Shown here: piece after piece, positions 52,807 through 64,000 of the stretch | How the letters are laid out: the number at the start of each line of letters is the position of its first letter | Position numbering within the stretch: the stretch's first letter is position 1 | From: Vairimorpha necatrix | Lineage: Eukaryota | NCBI GenBank assembly: GCA_036630325.1 | Contig: CP142734.1 | Coordinates: 310,001 to 374,000 of the forward strand | DNA: 64,000 nt | Reading direction: 5' to 3' | Translations under genes and position numbers: made by a program | Notes under the pieces: model-generated | Database searches by the model: none | Seen by the model: only the letters and a program-made list of their open reading frames with translations | What the model was told of the DNA's origin: nothing

Positions 52807-53775
52807 ATGAAGCCGAAAGATCAACTTATGATTAACATATTGCCCTTTATAAAATTAAAAAGTTCTGTTAACAAAAGTCAAGAATCTTCAGAATATTTAG
52901 ATGAGAATAGTAATGAAGATGTTTGGGAAGACGTTAATAAAATTTTTAAAGGCTCTTTTAATTTTAACAATGTAGTAAATAATGACAGTCATAAAATAAA
53001 AAATAAATATATTGATCTCATTGCTCCAAAGTTACAACAAACTCGTTTGTCATTTGAAGTATACTGTAAGTCTCGGCCTGACAATAAAACTTTAGATTTT
53101 AATTCTATCAGAGAATTTCCAAAATGTAATGCGTATTTGATTAAAAGAGCCTGCCAATGTGATCAGGTTTGTATTGACGAACATATTAAAAATATCATAT
53201 ATGATCCTTCTTGCGTCATTTTCGATCTTACAAATGTCAATACTGACGTGTCATACCTTGATAGTTGTGATCGTGAGGCATTAAGACCTTATAATGGTAC
53301 ATTAAAATTATATAAATTCGGATTTAACATTGAAAGAACGACTAAAGAGTTGAATGACTCTATGAACGCAAGTTGTAGATCATTTACTTACGCGCCTGAT
53401 CTTATTTGTAATGCATATGAACTAAGAGATGAATGTAAAAATGAAAAATTTTGTATGTCTAAAAATTTTATTGTACCTGGAAATTGTACACTTAATTTTA
53501 ATAAAATAAAAGAAATATTGGGAATTGAAAAAAATGGGATTTCTACAGAAAATCTAGTATCGAGCACCGATAATCCAACAGCACAAGCCGCCATTCTTAT
53601 GCCTATTAAAAACGTCAATTATTTTACTATCGGATTATCTGGGGCTTGTCTAATTATATTTTTATGTTTAATAGTTGTAAGTCTTTTTGGAAAATCAGTA
53701 AACAAAAAAATATTTTTTTTTTCAGTAATTGGGGTGATAATCGTATTCTTATCTTTAATATTGACTTTATATTAA
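52807..53775 (+). CDS. Hypothetical Cys-rich membrane protein, 322 aa (paralog of 9290-10258)
   Basis: Intact ORF with CCC motif. The N-terminal ~195 aa are diverged and the C-terminal part is nearly identical to copy A. Confidence 0.85.
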   Translation: MKPKDQLMINILPFIKLKSSVNKSQESSEYLDENSNEDVWEDVNKIFKGSFNFNNVVNNDSHKIKNKYIDLIAPKLQQTRLSFEVYCKSRPDNKTLDFNSIREFPKCNAYLIKRACQCDQVCIDEHIKNIIYDPSCVIFDLTNVNTDVSYLDSCDREALRPYNGTLKLYKFGFNIERTTKELNDSMNASCRSFTYAPDLICNAYELRDECKNEKFCMSKNFIVPGNCTLNFNKIKEILGIEKNGISTENLVSSTDNPTAQAAILMPIKNVNYFTIGLSGACLIIFLCLIVVSLFGKSVNKKIFFFSVIGVIIVFLSLILTLY

Positions 53776-53993
53776 AAAGTTTGAATTATTTTGTTTTTAT
53801 GAATATACATAAATTTAATTAAAAAAATTGTCTATAGGTCATGGCAACTATAGTTCTATATCAATTTCTTGCCTTAATAAGCAATTTAGAAAAATTCGTT
53901 TTTTAAAAAACAACATTTATGAATTCAACTAAATATTTGATGTTATTCATGAAAAAAAATTAAAAAACATAATAAAATAATCATTTAATCGCA

Positions 53994-54689
53994 TTAATTA
54001 TGCAGCAAGGGATTCCTATGGGTGGAATTTAAAGGAAGAAAGAAATCACTCTGTCTATTTATGGCGAAAGCATTAACAGTAGAAAGTTCAGTTGCATTAA
54101 TTTTATATCCATCATTCCATATATTATCACAAATTAAGAAATAATCATCGAAATTTAAAATTTTCGTAATAGCATTGTTCCTTTTTTGATCTATTTTTAG
54201 ATCTAAAAAACGAGACAATACAGGTTCTACATTTTCTATATCAAATTTATGAATAAGAAAATAGTAGCAAACGAGGTTTCGAAAAAATTTTTTGAAAGCT
54301 TTTCCTAACACATATTCAAATTTATGTTTTGGTTCCTTACATATAATAGATTCTTCATCTTGTCCCATCATTGAATCTATAAAACTCAATGGAGACAAAA
54401 ATTCCTTATCTTGAATTATTTCTTCTTTCGTCCCTTTATTATATATTATTGGAGATTCTATATTATCATGAAGTAACCAATATATTATAAGTGCCATTGG
54501 AAAGACATCGCGCTTCCTATAATATTCATTACCAACCACGTAAACTGAACCCTTTCTGTTACATAGATTGAATAACATTATATGAAAATCATCTTTTAAC
54601 CTACTTAAATCTTTTTTTACTGTTCCTCGAAACCTTTTCTTACTTGCATTTAGTAGAGTTAGAAAAAACATCAAAGAAGCCATACGCAT
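53994..54689 (-). CDS. Hypothetical secreted protein, 231 aa (identical to 10477-11172)
   Basis: Identical translation; start supported by the CCC motif. Confidence 0.8.
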   Translation of the reverse strand: MRMASLMFFLTLLNASKKRFRGTVKKDLSRLKDDFHIMLFNLCNRKGSVYVVGNEYYRKRDVFPMALIIYWLLHDNIESPIIYNKGTKEEIIQDKEFLSPLSFIDSMMGQDEESIICKEPKHKFEYVLGKAFKKFFRNLVCYYFLIHKFDIENVEPVLSRFLDLKIDQKRNNAITKILNFDDYFLICDNIWNDGYKINATELSTVNAFAINRQSDFFLPLNSTHRNPLLHN

Positions 54690-56211
54690 TTTATGGGTAT
54701 ATTCCAAACAAATTTAAAGGAATTTAAGATAGTTTTAATTAAAAAAAATTAAGTCAAGTCAAGTTAAATGAAAAAATATATAGAATTTTTGAGATTATAC
54801 ATTAAACAATGCAGTATAATTTATAAATAAATCTCAGAAAATATAATATACATTAGAAAGCTCATCGATAAGATTGTTAAATAACTTTTAAAACTTAAAT
54901 TTATCGCTTAGAACAGGAATTAAAGGATAAAGTCAATTTTGATGCTTTATTTTGTTTCTTCGTCGAAAAAATAAAATTGATTATAATCATCCAATTTAAC
55001 CTTATTATAATATAAATTAAAATCGGAGTTTGACAGGAAATATTCAATACCTTATTTGGGTATAATATTATATCTTAATTAATAATTACTTTTCACAAGA
55101 TACGCTTAGAGTTCTTCTGACAGTCCTTGGAGTTTCTCTGGAATTTACGCAATGGACTCTCGACAAAAAATATAATTAAGTATATTCAAATAAAATTTTG
55201 AAATTTTGTTCTGACAGGAAAAATTACCATAAGTCTAATTAATTTGCGTCAATAAAAAAAGATAGGACTTTTATTGAACAAAGAGGTGCTCTAGTTTTTA
55301 AGTCTAATATTAAGTAAAAGTATTTAGGATTGATAATGTTTTTTTTTTTTATACTAATTAAATTTGACCTATAAAAAATAATTAGATGTAAACTAAGGTT
55401 TTTATGGTATAGAAGGCTCAAATTTTTGGAATTTGCAAATGGTTTAAATTTTTTCTGCTCTTATATATTATAAGACGTTTATTATATAATTGCATTTTAA
55501 ATACTTAAAAATACCTATATTGACAATTTACAGCCATATTTATAAGTAGGTATACATAATGAAACTTGGTTTACTTCGACCATGGCGACTAAAGTCAATT
55601 TATAATTTATCCTAAAGCAACTCTAAGTTTTATATAGTATATAATATTGTATACTGTGTTTTTTCTCATTATAGAGTCTATTCGATATACGGGATTTTTT
55701 TTCAAAAATGATAATTATAGATTTATGAAAGGACGTATAAATTCTAAATACATAAAATTTTTTTTTGTAATTAATTATACGCATCAATCTAAGAACAAAA
55801 GGGCATAAGTTCAGTAATTTTTGTATAAAGAAATCGATTTGTAATAATTTTATTGTTGCATGTATTTACATATCTAATAATTACATTATTTTGGTTTTTA
55901 AATTTTACGATGTGTTGAATATCTCAAAATATAAAAATAAATTTTCGAAAATAATACTAAAATTAAAAAGGTTTCTTCTATAAATTTTTTTAAAATTTGG
56001 AGCGAGAGTTAAAAGAAGATTGTTGTTATAAAAAAAATTAAAGTTTTTACATTAATCTTCATTGTGAATCATGAACCTGGTTTTTATAGGCACAATGTAA
56101 TTTTATTGCAAATTTCTTATAATTCGTATAAATATTTGTCAAACTATAATATTTTTTAAAGAAAATTGCAACGTTAATAAAACAAGGTTATATTAGATTA
56201 GTAAATTATAT

Positions 56212-57078
56212 TTAATTTTTTTGAATATTTTCTATTATCAAATTTGAAATTATTTCCATGTGCGATAAATAATTATCTAAATTTATATAAAAATTTGATA
56301 TTATTCTATCTAATGACATCAACTCATCTCTAATTTTACACAACAGAATAAAATTTATATTTGATTCTTCGACTAAACATTTTCCAGCATAATTTAAGAT
56401 TTTAGGCAATGAAACCTCACTTATTAACATTTTAATATAGTTCGAATATATCCTATAATAATCAAGTAAATATTGATAATGTAACTTAACTTGACATTTA
56501 AATGTGTTCATTGTGATCAGATCAACGCATCTTTCAACAAATTCAAAAACAAATACATAGAATTCTAATTTGTTCCTTGATAAATTTAAGCAATTTAATT
56601 CGGTTTTTAAAATTTTCGTACATTTTTTTGTGGAATATTTCAAGTTATTACTTTTGCATTGTATTCTCTTTCTATTTGAAGAAATAATGTGAAAATCTTT
56701 AGGACATATAGATAGTCTACCTCTCATAGCGGTAGGTAGGTATCTTAATTCATTTTGTATTTTTTTTATCTCGCAATAAACGTCTGAAGATTTGCTTAAT
56801 TCAACAATGAGACAATATAGATTATCATTTTTGTCGATTAAATGTTCATCTATAACATTAAAAAGTAAACTGAGTTCATCTGGTCCTAGCAAATTTAAAT
56901 TTTGTTTTATGCATTCTAATTCTAAGAAATTCTCAGTAGTTCTATTAAATATCAAGTCAGGCGTCTGTTTATTAGATTCATATATATAAGATGCATATAA
57001 ACAACTAGAAGTGTTCAAACAAAAGGTTGACGAAGTAATAAAACTAATTTCTAAAATTAATACGTAAATTGAAAACAT
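56212..57078 (-). CDS. Hypothetical secreted protein, 288 aa (identical to 12691-13557)
   Basis: Identical translation; start supported by the CCC motif. Confidence 0.8.
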   Translation of the reverse strand: MFSIYVLILEISFITSSTFCLNTSSCLYASYIYESNKQTPDLIFNRTTENFLELECIKQNLNLLGPDELSLLFNVIDEHLIDKNDNLYCLIVELSKSSDVYCEIKKIQNELRYLPTAMRGRLSICPKDFHIISSNRKRIQCKSNNLKYSTKKCTKILKTELNCLNLSRNKLEFYVFVFEFVERCVDLITMNTFKCQVKLHYQYLLDYYRIYSNYIKMLISEVSLPKILNYAGKCLVEESNINFILLCKIRDELMSLDRIISNFYINLDNYLSHMEIISNLIIENIQKN

Positions 57079-59016
57079 GGGGTTGTTGTATAAAAACAAC
57101 AAAATTTTAGATTTTCTAAATATATTTATATTATTTCATTAACGATTAATCAATGCATACAAATTGCATGATTTTAATTAATTACTTTTATTTTACATAG
57201 TTTTGTTTTAAGACTTCTACAATTAAAAATGCTTTTATCTCATATATTAAATCTGTGAACAATTATATTTTTGTATTAGTCTGTAATTTATTACAAAGAC
57301 AACACTTAATATTATTTATAATATATATATAATTGCATCTAATTAGTAGAGCAAAATTATAAAATCTTCCTCTTATAGTATTATAGAAACCGATACTTAC
57401 ATTTTATTATTGTTTTGTTTGTATAATGTCATATTTTTAATAATAAGTCATTCTTGATTTTTTGACATTATTTGTATATTTAATTTAAATCAAAATACCT
57501 CATGTATTATATAAATTTTTATTTATTGTATAAAACTATTCTTCTAAACAGAAATTTTGTAAAAATATGAACATGCAAATCTGCAAGATTTATCGCATGA
57601 ACAGTTATAAAATCTTTACGCCTTTTAAAATATTATGAATTAGACATTGTTTATCTTAAAGTATTTAATTGTTTATATATAAATTTTAATTTTTGTCTTT
57701 TGTTCTATAATATGTATATACAAGAAATAACAGGGAACATGTTGTAAATTAATTCTATGGATACTATTGTTTTGACATAATTGTATTCGTCTGAATCTAC
57801 TTTCTTAGTAATTCCCCACTACTTTCTTTTGCGGACTTTAAAAAATATACATGTATTTTGGATTGAATATAGACATCAATTTGGCTATTTCAGCCAAGCA
57901 CAATATAATTTATGATAAAACAGCAACATATAATCTCACGCAATAACATACGAAATATTCTAAAATCATTTTTATAAAAAAAGTTTCGGCAAAAGGTTCC
58001 ACATATAATAGTTATTGGATTTTTTGATTTATTCTTGATTTATCTTTGATTATAAGCATATTTGTATCGCACTTCGAACAAAAACCATCTCAAAAGAATA
58101 GTGAACAAAATTCTTAAAGTTTGATTAATTTTTTATTAGAAAATTACAACTTATATTTTCATTAAAAAGCAAAATAATATTTAATAAAAATCTGTTACAA
58201 TTTATATTTTTATTAATAATATTTTTTTTAGAATAAAAATTATGTTCTTATTGTTATAAACACAATATAGTCTGTAATTGTTGAAAGGAAAAACTTATCG
58301 GCCTTGAGAAAATGTGCTTCTAAGTATGAGGAGCTCTAATATTTTTTGTAGAGAGTAAAAATGTATTTCGATAAATATAAATATTATTGATAGTACAATG
58401 ATATCAAATTAGATATTTAAAAGCAGGTTTTATGTTAGTTTCTTTAATAAACTAAACATATACAAGTTATAAAAAATAAAATGCAAAGCTAGATAATGAG
58501 AAAAAATATATACCTGCAATCTTCTAGTTTTGTTTGTTTTTTTCTAAAATATTTGTTTTAGCTAGATTTCAAAATTTTTAAGAGAAGCATTGATAAATTA
58601 AAAATTACATCAAAAACATATAAACTACCAAATACAACAAATTAACAAATGTTATTAATAGAATAAAATACTGAATGTATTTTGGTCATAAAAAATCTGA
58701 TTAAAAAATATTTATACTATATTTCTAATTTTTTTATACTATTTGCAAATAATATACAAATTAGCATCAAAAATTGCCAAAATATTATAATTCAAAAAGT
58801 AAGATTATTGTTAACATAAGATTTATTTGTTCGTTTGAGGACAACACACAAGAAAGTTTTTAGACGAATAATTTTTCGCAGAATTTTTAGTGATTCATAA
58901 TGTTCCTTAATAAATAAAACGCAAAACAACTATAAGTTTTGAAATTAACATATTATTACACAAATTCTTCGATTTTAAACGTAAAAATATACAATAAATT
59001 TCACACTAATTGTTTA

Positions 59017-60392
59017 TTAATCCCTAAAGAATACTTTGTATAACCCTCTTTCTACTAGCTCTTCGTATTCTTCTTCAGATACACTTTCTAAGTCAACCTT
59101 GGATTTACTATGTTCTAATATGACATGATAGATCTTATTGCTGATAATCACTAGTAATTCGTTACAGTCTGTAATATACAGACATACATTTTGATTATAT
59201 GTCGCATTCAATTCGCAATGTATATCATACAATTTTAATGGATGATATAACAATTCAGGAATACTATTTGGTCTATATTCATCATCTTCATGAAGAGAAT
59301 ATGTAGTCTCGATCTTGCAATACAATTTGTCTATTTCTACTAATTTGAATGAATTTTCATCAATGAACGAGATCTCATAGACTTTTGATTCAGATGAGTT
59401 GCTTTTACTTAATCCATATGGATAACCGTAATTATCATAACATTTTTCATATTTACATTTTTGATTCGCAATTGGTTTACATTTTACATGCAAATATTCA
59501 TGTTCTTGACTGCTAGATTCGTTACAGACGTATCGACAATCTTCTGAACTTGAAGATTCACATGGTAAGAAACATCTTGGAATATTTTGGTTATCATATC
59601 TCTTGTTACAGTGATAAGAACGCGGTCTTTCACAAAGCACTTTTTCTTTGAGATATGAAAGAATGTTTGTATCGCAACATTTGTATTTTTCGTGTTGATG
59701 TGTTGGATAAGCGTACTTATGACAATTTGAATTATTGTAATTTGATTCATAACATGGTGATGGTAGATAATTTGCTTCGCAGCACGAAGTAGGAACGTTT
59801 ACTTCACAACACGGAGAAGGAAAATTTGTTTCACAACACGGAGAAGTAGCTTTATGCGATTGATTGTGTTGAATTGGTCCATGTATCGATCCGTTACATT
59901 GTGTTGGTGCATTATTTGATTGACAACATGGCTTCGGTACATATTGTGCAGGTATCTGAACATGCTGATTTTGTGTTACTTCGGACTGATGTGTAATGGT
60001 CGGTGTATTATGAATTGGCGCAGGTTTCGTGCAAATTTCTGCTGACGGAACAACAATTGAATTTTTTCTTGCACTGTCCTTGGTTTACATGGACAAGCTG
60101 CAATACAGAATGCATACCTACTTGTATTCCTATTTTTAATGTACGGTGACAATGTACCATTCCAAGTTAAAACCATCAACTTCTTATTATTCTCCCATCC
60201 ATACACAAATGCAGACTCGACCTTTGCTTCTTTCAGTATGTTCATGAGAAATACTACATTCTTCGCATTTGCTACTACTCCGATGCCCGAGCTTTTCCTA
60301 CATATCTCATACGGATCGTCGCATCCATCTCCTTCTATGAGTATAGGGAGGAATGCCCTTACGACACTAAGGATAAAGAGAGCAATCTTCAT
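59017..60392 (-). pseudogene. EnP1: EnP1 paralog with 1-bp frameshift
   Basis: 1376 bp versus 1377 bp in copy A. A deletion near 60057 shifts the frame after ...TVQEK. Confidence 0.75.
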
Positions 60393-62199
60393 TTTGTTAA
60401 ACCCTTAGTAAAAATTTTCTATTTATAGTTTTTTTCTATTGTTTATTTGTTTAATGAACACAATTATTTTTTAAAAAAAATTAATTAAAAAGTAAAAAAA
60501 AATAATTTTAGCTAATTCATATTTCCAGATTTGTTTACAATAAACAGTTTGTTCGTTAAATTGTTTGAGTTTGTTGGTTTTTAGTTTTGAACACTAACAG
60601 AGAGACCTTTTCTCAACTTTACTAAAAATTTTTAAAGTTAGCAAAAATGATTAATTAATAATCACCAAGTTTTATCATTAATTATAAGGTATTTTTATTC
60701 AAATTTTACTTTAACTGTAATACAATTTTTATAATATAAGACTATTGCAAATTAATCAAATAACCACGAATTTTTTTTGTCATGATAATAAAAAGTAATT
60801 TACTCAAAATACGCTCATAGTAACAAGAAAAAAAGTACAGAATGATATTTAGTCATGTTTTTTCATTTTGATAGAATTATAACATAGACTAATAAATCTA
60901 TGATAATAATGATGGATATAATGTGTATATACAATAAAGTTATATAATTTTTTTAATTTTAGGATTAAATATACTTCTCAAATAATAAAATGAACTTATT
61001 ACAGACACTTAGAAATAATGATGAAAATAATCTATAGCATTAATTAAGCTACAAATAATATAAAAGTGTGTTTCTATTATTTTTATGTTCTAAATACATC
61101 TTATTATTTTAAATATTAAGTTTATTAATGATATATTACATGTTTGCACATAAGTTTTATTTTGTTTGAATATTTATGGCAAATAAAAAACTTTTCTCGA
61201 TTTATTGAATTAATTTTCAAAATAAAAACATTAACAAAGTGGTTTATGTATTAAGTCTACTTATAAGTCAAACTCTTTTCCATTTTTAAATATTGAAATA
61301 GATATTAAATTTTTTCAAGTGAAGTATAGTACTAAACAGAAAATTGAAAATGCATTTCGTTAAATTATGTTGTTAACATATCCAATCATTAGTATATTTT
61401 TTAGATTAAATCAATCATATAGATATTATTTTAATATTATAACATCAATGAGGCTTTTTGACACAAAAAACTTGTTTTTCGTATTTTCCTGACTTTACAG
61501 CGCCTAAAAAGACAGAGTTTAACAATAAAGGAATTAAATTGAATGTTTGAAAAACTGGTTTTAATAATCAATGACCCAAAAGTTAACAATCAACTTTCAA
61601 TATTATATTATGATTTTTCAAAGTATTTTATTGGCTTCAATTTATATACCATTACTTTTATATGTTGTTTTCTGAAGTTGGTTTATAGTATTTTGAGAAA
61701 ATAATTAATTATTTGAATCCAATTTGTAATAAAATTTGGCTAGATTTTTGTGTTTATTTTTCTTCCAAAATAAAAAAAATTGTTTCTTTTAAATGTTTTC
61801 TCTAGAATAGATATCATATTTAGTATAATTTTAAATAATGTAATATAGTAAGAGTTAATCAATTTACAATAAAATGCAAAGTTTGAACCCTCAACTCATA
61901 TTTAAAAAACTCCTACATTCTCTCGTGAGATATTGAACATTTTTTGCTTGCCCTAACTTTCAATGAAAAGCAAGAAGCGCATTATTTGAAATTTTGTTGA
62001 TTCAATGATCTACAATATTAACTAAAAATATTTGATGATTTTTCATAAACAGAATCTTTTCAATAAGCTATTTTGTGAGCTTCCATAAGAGGATAAAAGA
62101 AAATGATCAAATTTTAAAATAGAGCTATTTTCTTTATAAAAATTTGATTTTCAAAATTTATACTTGTCTCCATATTTTAAATATAAATGTTTATTGTCT

Positions 62200-62499
62200 T
62201 TACACCCCATTTCTTATCTCACAATTACTAAAATGCGCCAGTCCTTCCGTCATTATCTTCATGTCTAAAGATTCCCTCTTGAAGATAATTTCTGCGTTGC
62301 TTATTGGCTTGTAATATTTCAGATTAAATCTGAAAATATAATCTAAGAGAAATACAAGGTCATAATTTCTATCTTGTTCTTCATAATCTACCACTGTATT
62401 AGGTAGAAGATGTCTGATTCTCTCTTTCAGATCTTCTGATACAATTTTAAGATTGTCTAATATTAAAATACTCTTAGGAATATTTTTAAGTCCAAACAT
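62200..62499 (-). CDS. NUS1: Minimal Nus1/NgBR-like protein, 99 aa (paralog of 18671-18970)
   Basis: Intact, with 4 amino-acid differences from copy A; keeps the terminal CEIRNGV. Confidence 0.65.
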   Translation of the reverse strand: MFGLKNIPKSILILDNLKIVSEDLKERIRHLLPNTVVDYEEQDRNYDLVFLLDYIFRFNLKYYKPISNAEIIFKRESLDMKIMTEGLAHFSNCEIRNGV

Positions 62500-62721
62500 A
62501 AGGGCATTTGTTTTTTTTTATATTTCTCATTAAATGCAATTATAAGACACACTACACCATTTTGACACATTGAAACATCTTCTTGTTTTTTTTTCTTCAA
62601 AAAATTTTCTGTTTTGAAGACTTAATCATATCATCACAGACAGTCTTTAGATTAGGCATTCTATTAAAAAAATTGATTCCTATTCTAGACAAGAGTTAAT
62701 TTAGAAATCTACCTCCATAAT

Positions 62722-62997
62722 CTACATCTTCATCATTATATTCTTTAATAATTTTTGCATCAAAGATATAAATTTTTTCAAATTTAATTTGTCTTTATTT
62801 TCTAGTAATAAAATTATTGTTTCAACAAGACTTTTAAAAATGTTTAATAACTTGATCAAGTTTAAAAAATCGTCTTTATTGACATTTGTGGGCTTTACAA
62901 ATATCTTAATTGTCTGATTATCGACTTGTGGTTTAGAAAATTTTTTGTACGAACAAACATGTACTGTTAAGACACAAAAGATTAGGATAAAAATCAT
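62722..62997 (-). CDS. Small putative secreted protein, 91 aa
   Basis: Signal-peptide-like MIFILIFCVLTVHVCS and an upstream GGG. It may be a remnant of a longer gene. Confidence 0.45.
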   Translation of the reverse strand: MIFILIFCVLTVHVCSYKKFSKPQVDNQTIKIFVKPTNVNKDDFLNLIKLLNIFKSLVETIILLLENKDKLNLKKFISLMQKLLKNIMMKM

Positions 62998-63059
62998 GAA
63001 AAGATTAGCCCATTGGTTATTGGTAATGCTTAAATGAGCAATGACTGGTCTCGTTTAAC

Positions 63060-63743
63060 AGTACCACCAATATTGTTTTTACTTTGAATGCAGAATGAAA
63101 AACTTGGATGTCGAAAATGTCCACGATATTCATTAAGTAGATTCAATGAAACTTGTGTGTCCAGCTACAAAAGAACATGCATCTAGTGTAAAAACGTACC
63201 ACAAGGCGAAAAAACAGTATCTCTTTTGAGGTGACTAAATAATACATAAAGGTATCTAATAAGTATGGCCTAATTGGAGCAATGGATGGCACTCTAAAGT
63301 GGGAACCTAGAGCTAACTAAGAGACTAGACGAAGTAGGGCAATAGAAGGTCTCGTGGTCCCTATCCTACAAATTCTGTAACACGCTTGAATCTAGTGGAA
63401 GAATGGTGGTCAACGCAGCCCAATAAAAACACAGGGCTTGTGATGTGGTTGTGTAAGGAGCCGTGTGTGCAACACAAATGATTGTAAGGATCTTTGAGTC
63501 AGTACGATGATGTCTCTCCTCGGGTTATAGATAAACATGCCCGTTAAGTATATCCGCTGTGAGGTCACTCTAAACGCAATTAGAGGCATAAATGGGAAGT
63601 GATCTCCTAAAGCCAAAGTCCAATGGATAAGAGGGAGTTTTAGTGAGTAAGATTCTTTCAGTACCAGTTAGATGAGGATCACACCCAAATCCCTCTGGTT
63701 CTTATGCAAGGTTTTTCCCTACCTCTTACTTGCAAGGAAAAAA
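63060..63743 (+). pseudogene. Decayed gene of unknown family (copy 4 of 4)
   Basis: Paralog of 19520-20245. Fragments KNLDVENVHDIH*VDSMKLVC, DDVSPRVI and NMPVKYIRCEVTLNAIRGI. Confidence 0.5.
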
Positions 63744-64000
63744 ATTAATGTAAAAATGTCACTAGGCTTATAGTGAAGTTGAACATTTTAAAAGAAGCCA
63801 CCCTTTATTATTACAACTTTTTTTTGCAATTAATTTTTCTAATAAATAAATGATAATTTTTTCACTCATAACATGTTTTTAATAAAAAATTTTGTGTATT
63901 GTATTAATTTGAACTTTAATGAATACATAAGATATATAGTTTTTTAGAATTCGATAATTACACATTTGTAACACCTCCAAATGATATGTTAGAGGCAGAC

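Larger units (their letters stand above)
31275..64000 (+). repeat. Segmental duplication copy B (expanded by TE insertions)
   Basis: Colinear with 1-20500, with extra insertions at ~32100-34584, ~37510-47180, 47322-48540 and 48813-49650. Confidence 0.95.

Overview
This is very AT-rich eukaryotic DNA that reads as a microsporidian, Nosema/Vairimorpha-like genome. The evidence is intronless genes with CCC/GGG motifs just upstream of the ATG and a clear EnP1 endospore-protein homolog. Most of the window is a direct segmental duplication: copy A spans <1 to ~20500 and copy B spans ~31275 to >64000, separated by a ~10.7 kb transposon cluster. The duplicated host genes are an Rmp1-like RNase MRP subunit, a Cys-rich membrane protein, two secreted hypotheticals, EnP1, a very small Nus1/NgBR-like protein and a small secreted protein. 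Identity between the copies is a mosaic of clearly diverged, moderately diverged and near-identical blocks, and genes are reciprocally inactivated. Mobile elements include several Merlin (IS1016/ISXO2-like) elements and a MITE with 8-bp TSDs, three Ty3/Gypsy elements with very short LTRs (49, ~67 and 108 bp), R4/Dong-like non-LTR fragments, a FLYWCH-MULE and a Ginger2-like integrase transposon. There is also a head-to-tail trimer of diverged non-autonomous Helitrons sharing an unexplained invariant 55-bp internal block. An unidentified decayed gene occurs in four copies. No rRNA, tRNA or CRISPR was found. Family calls come from motif recognition by eye, not database searches; identity levels are eye estimates.
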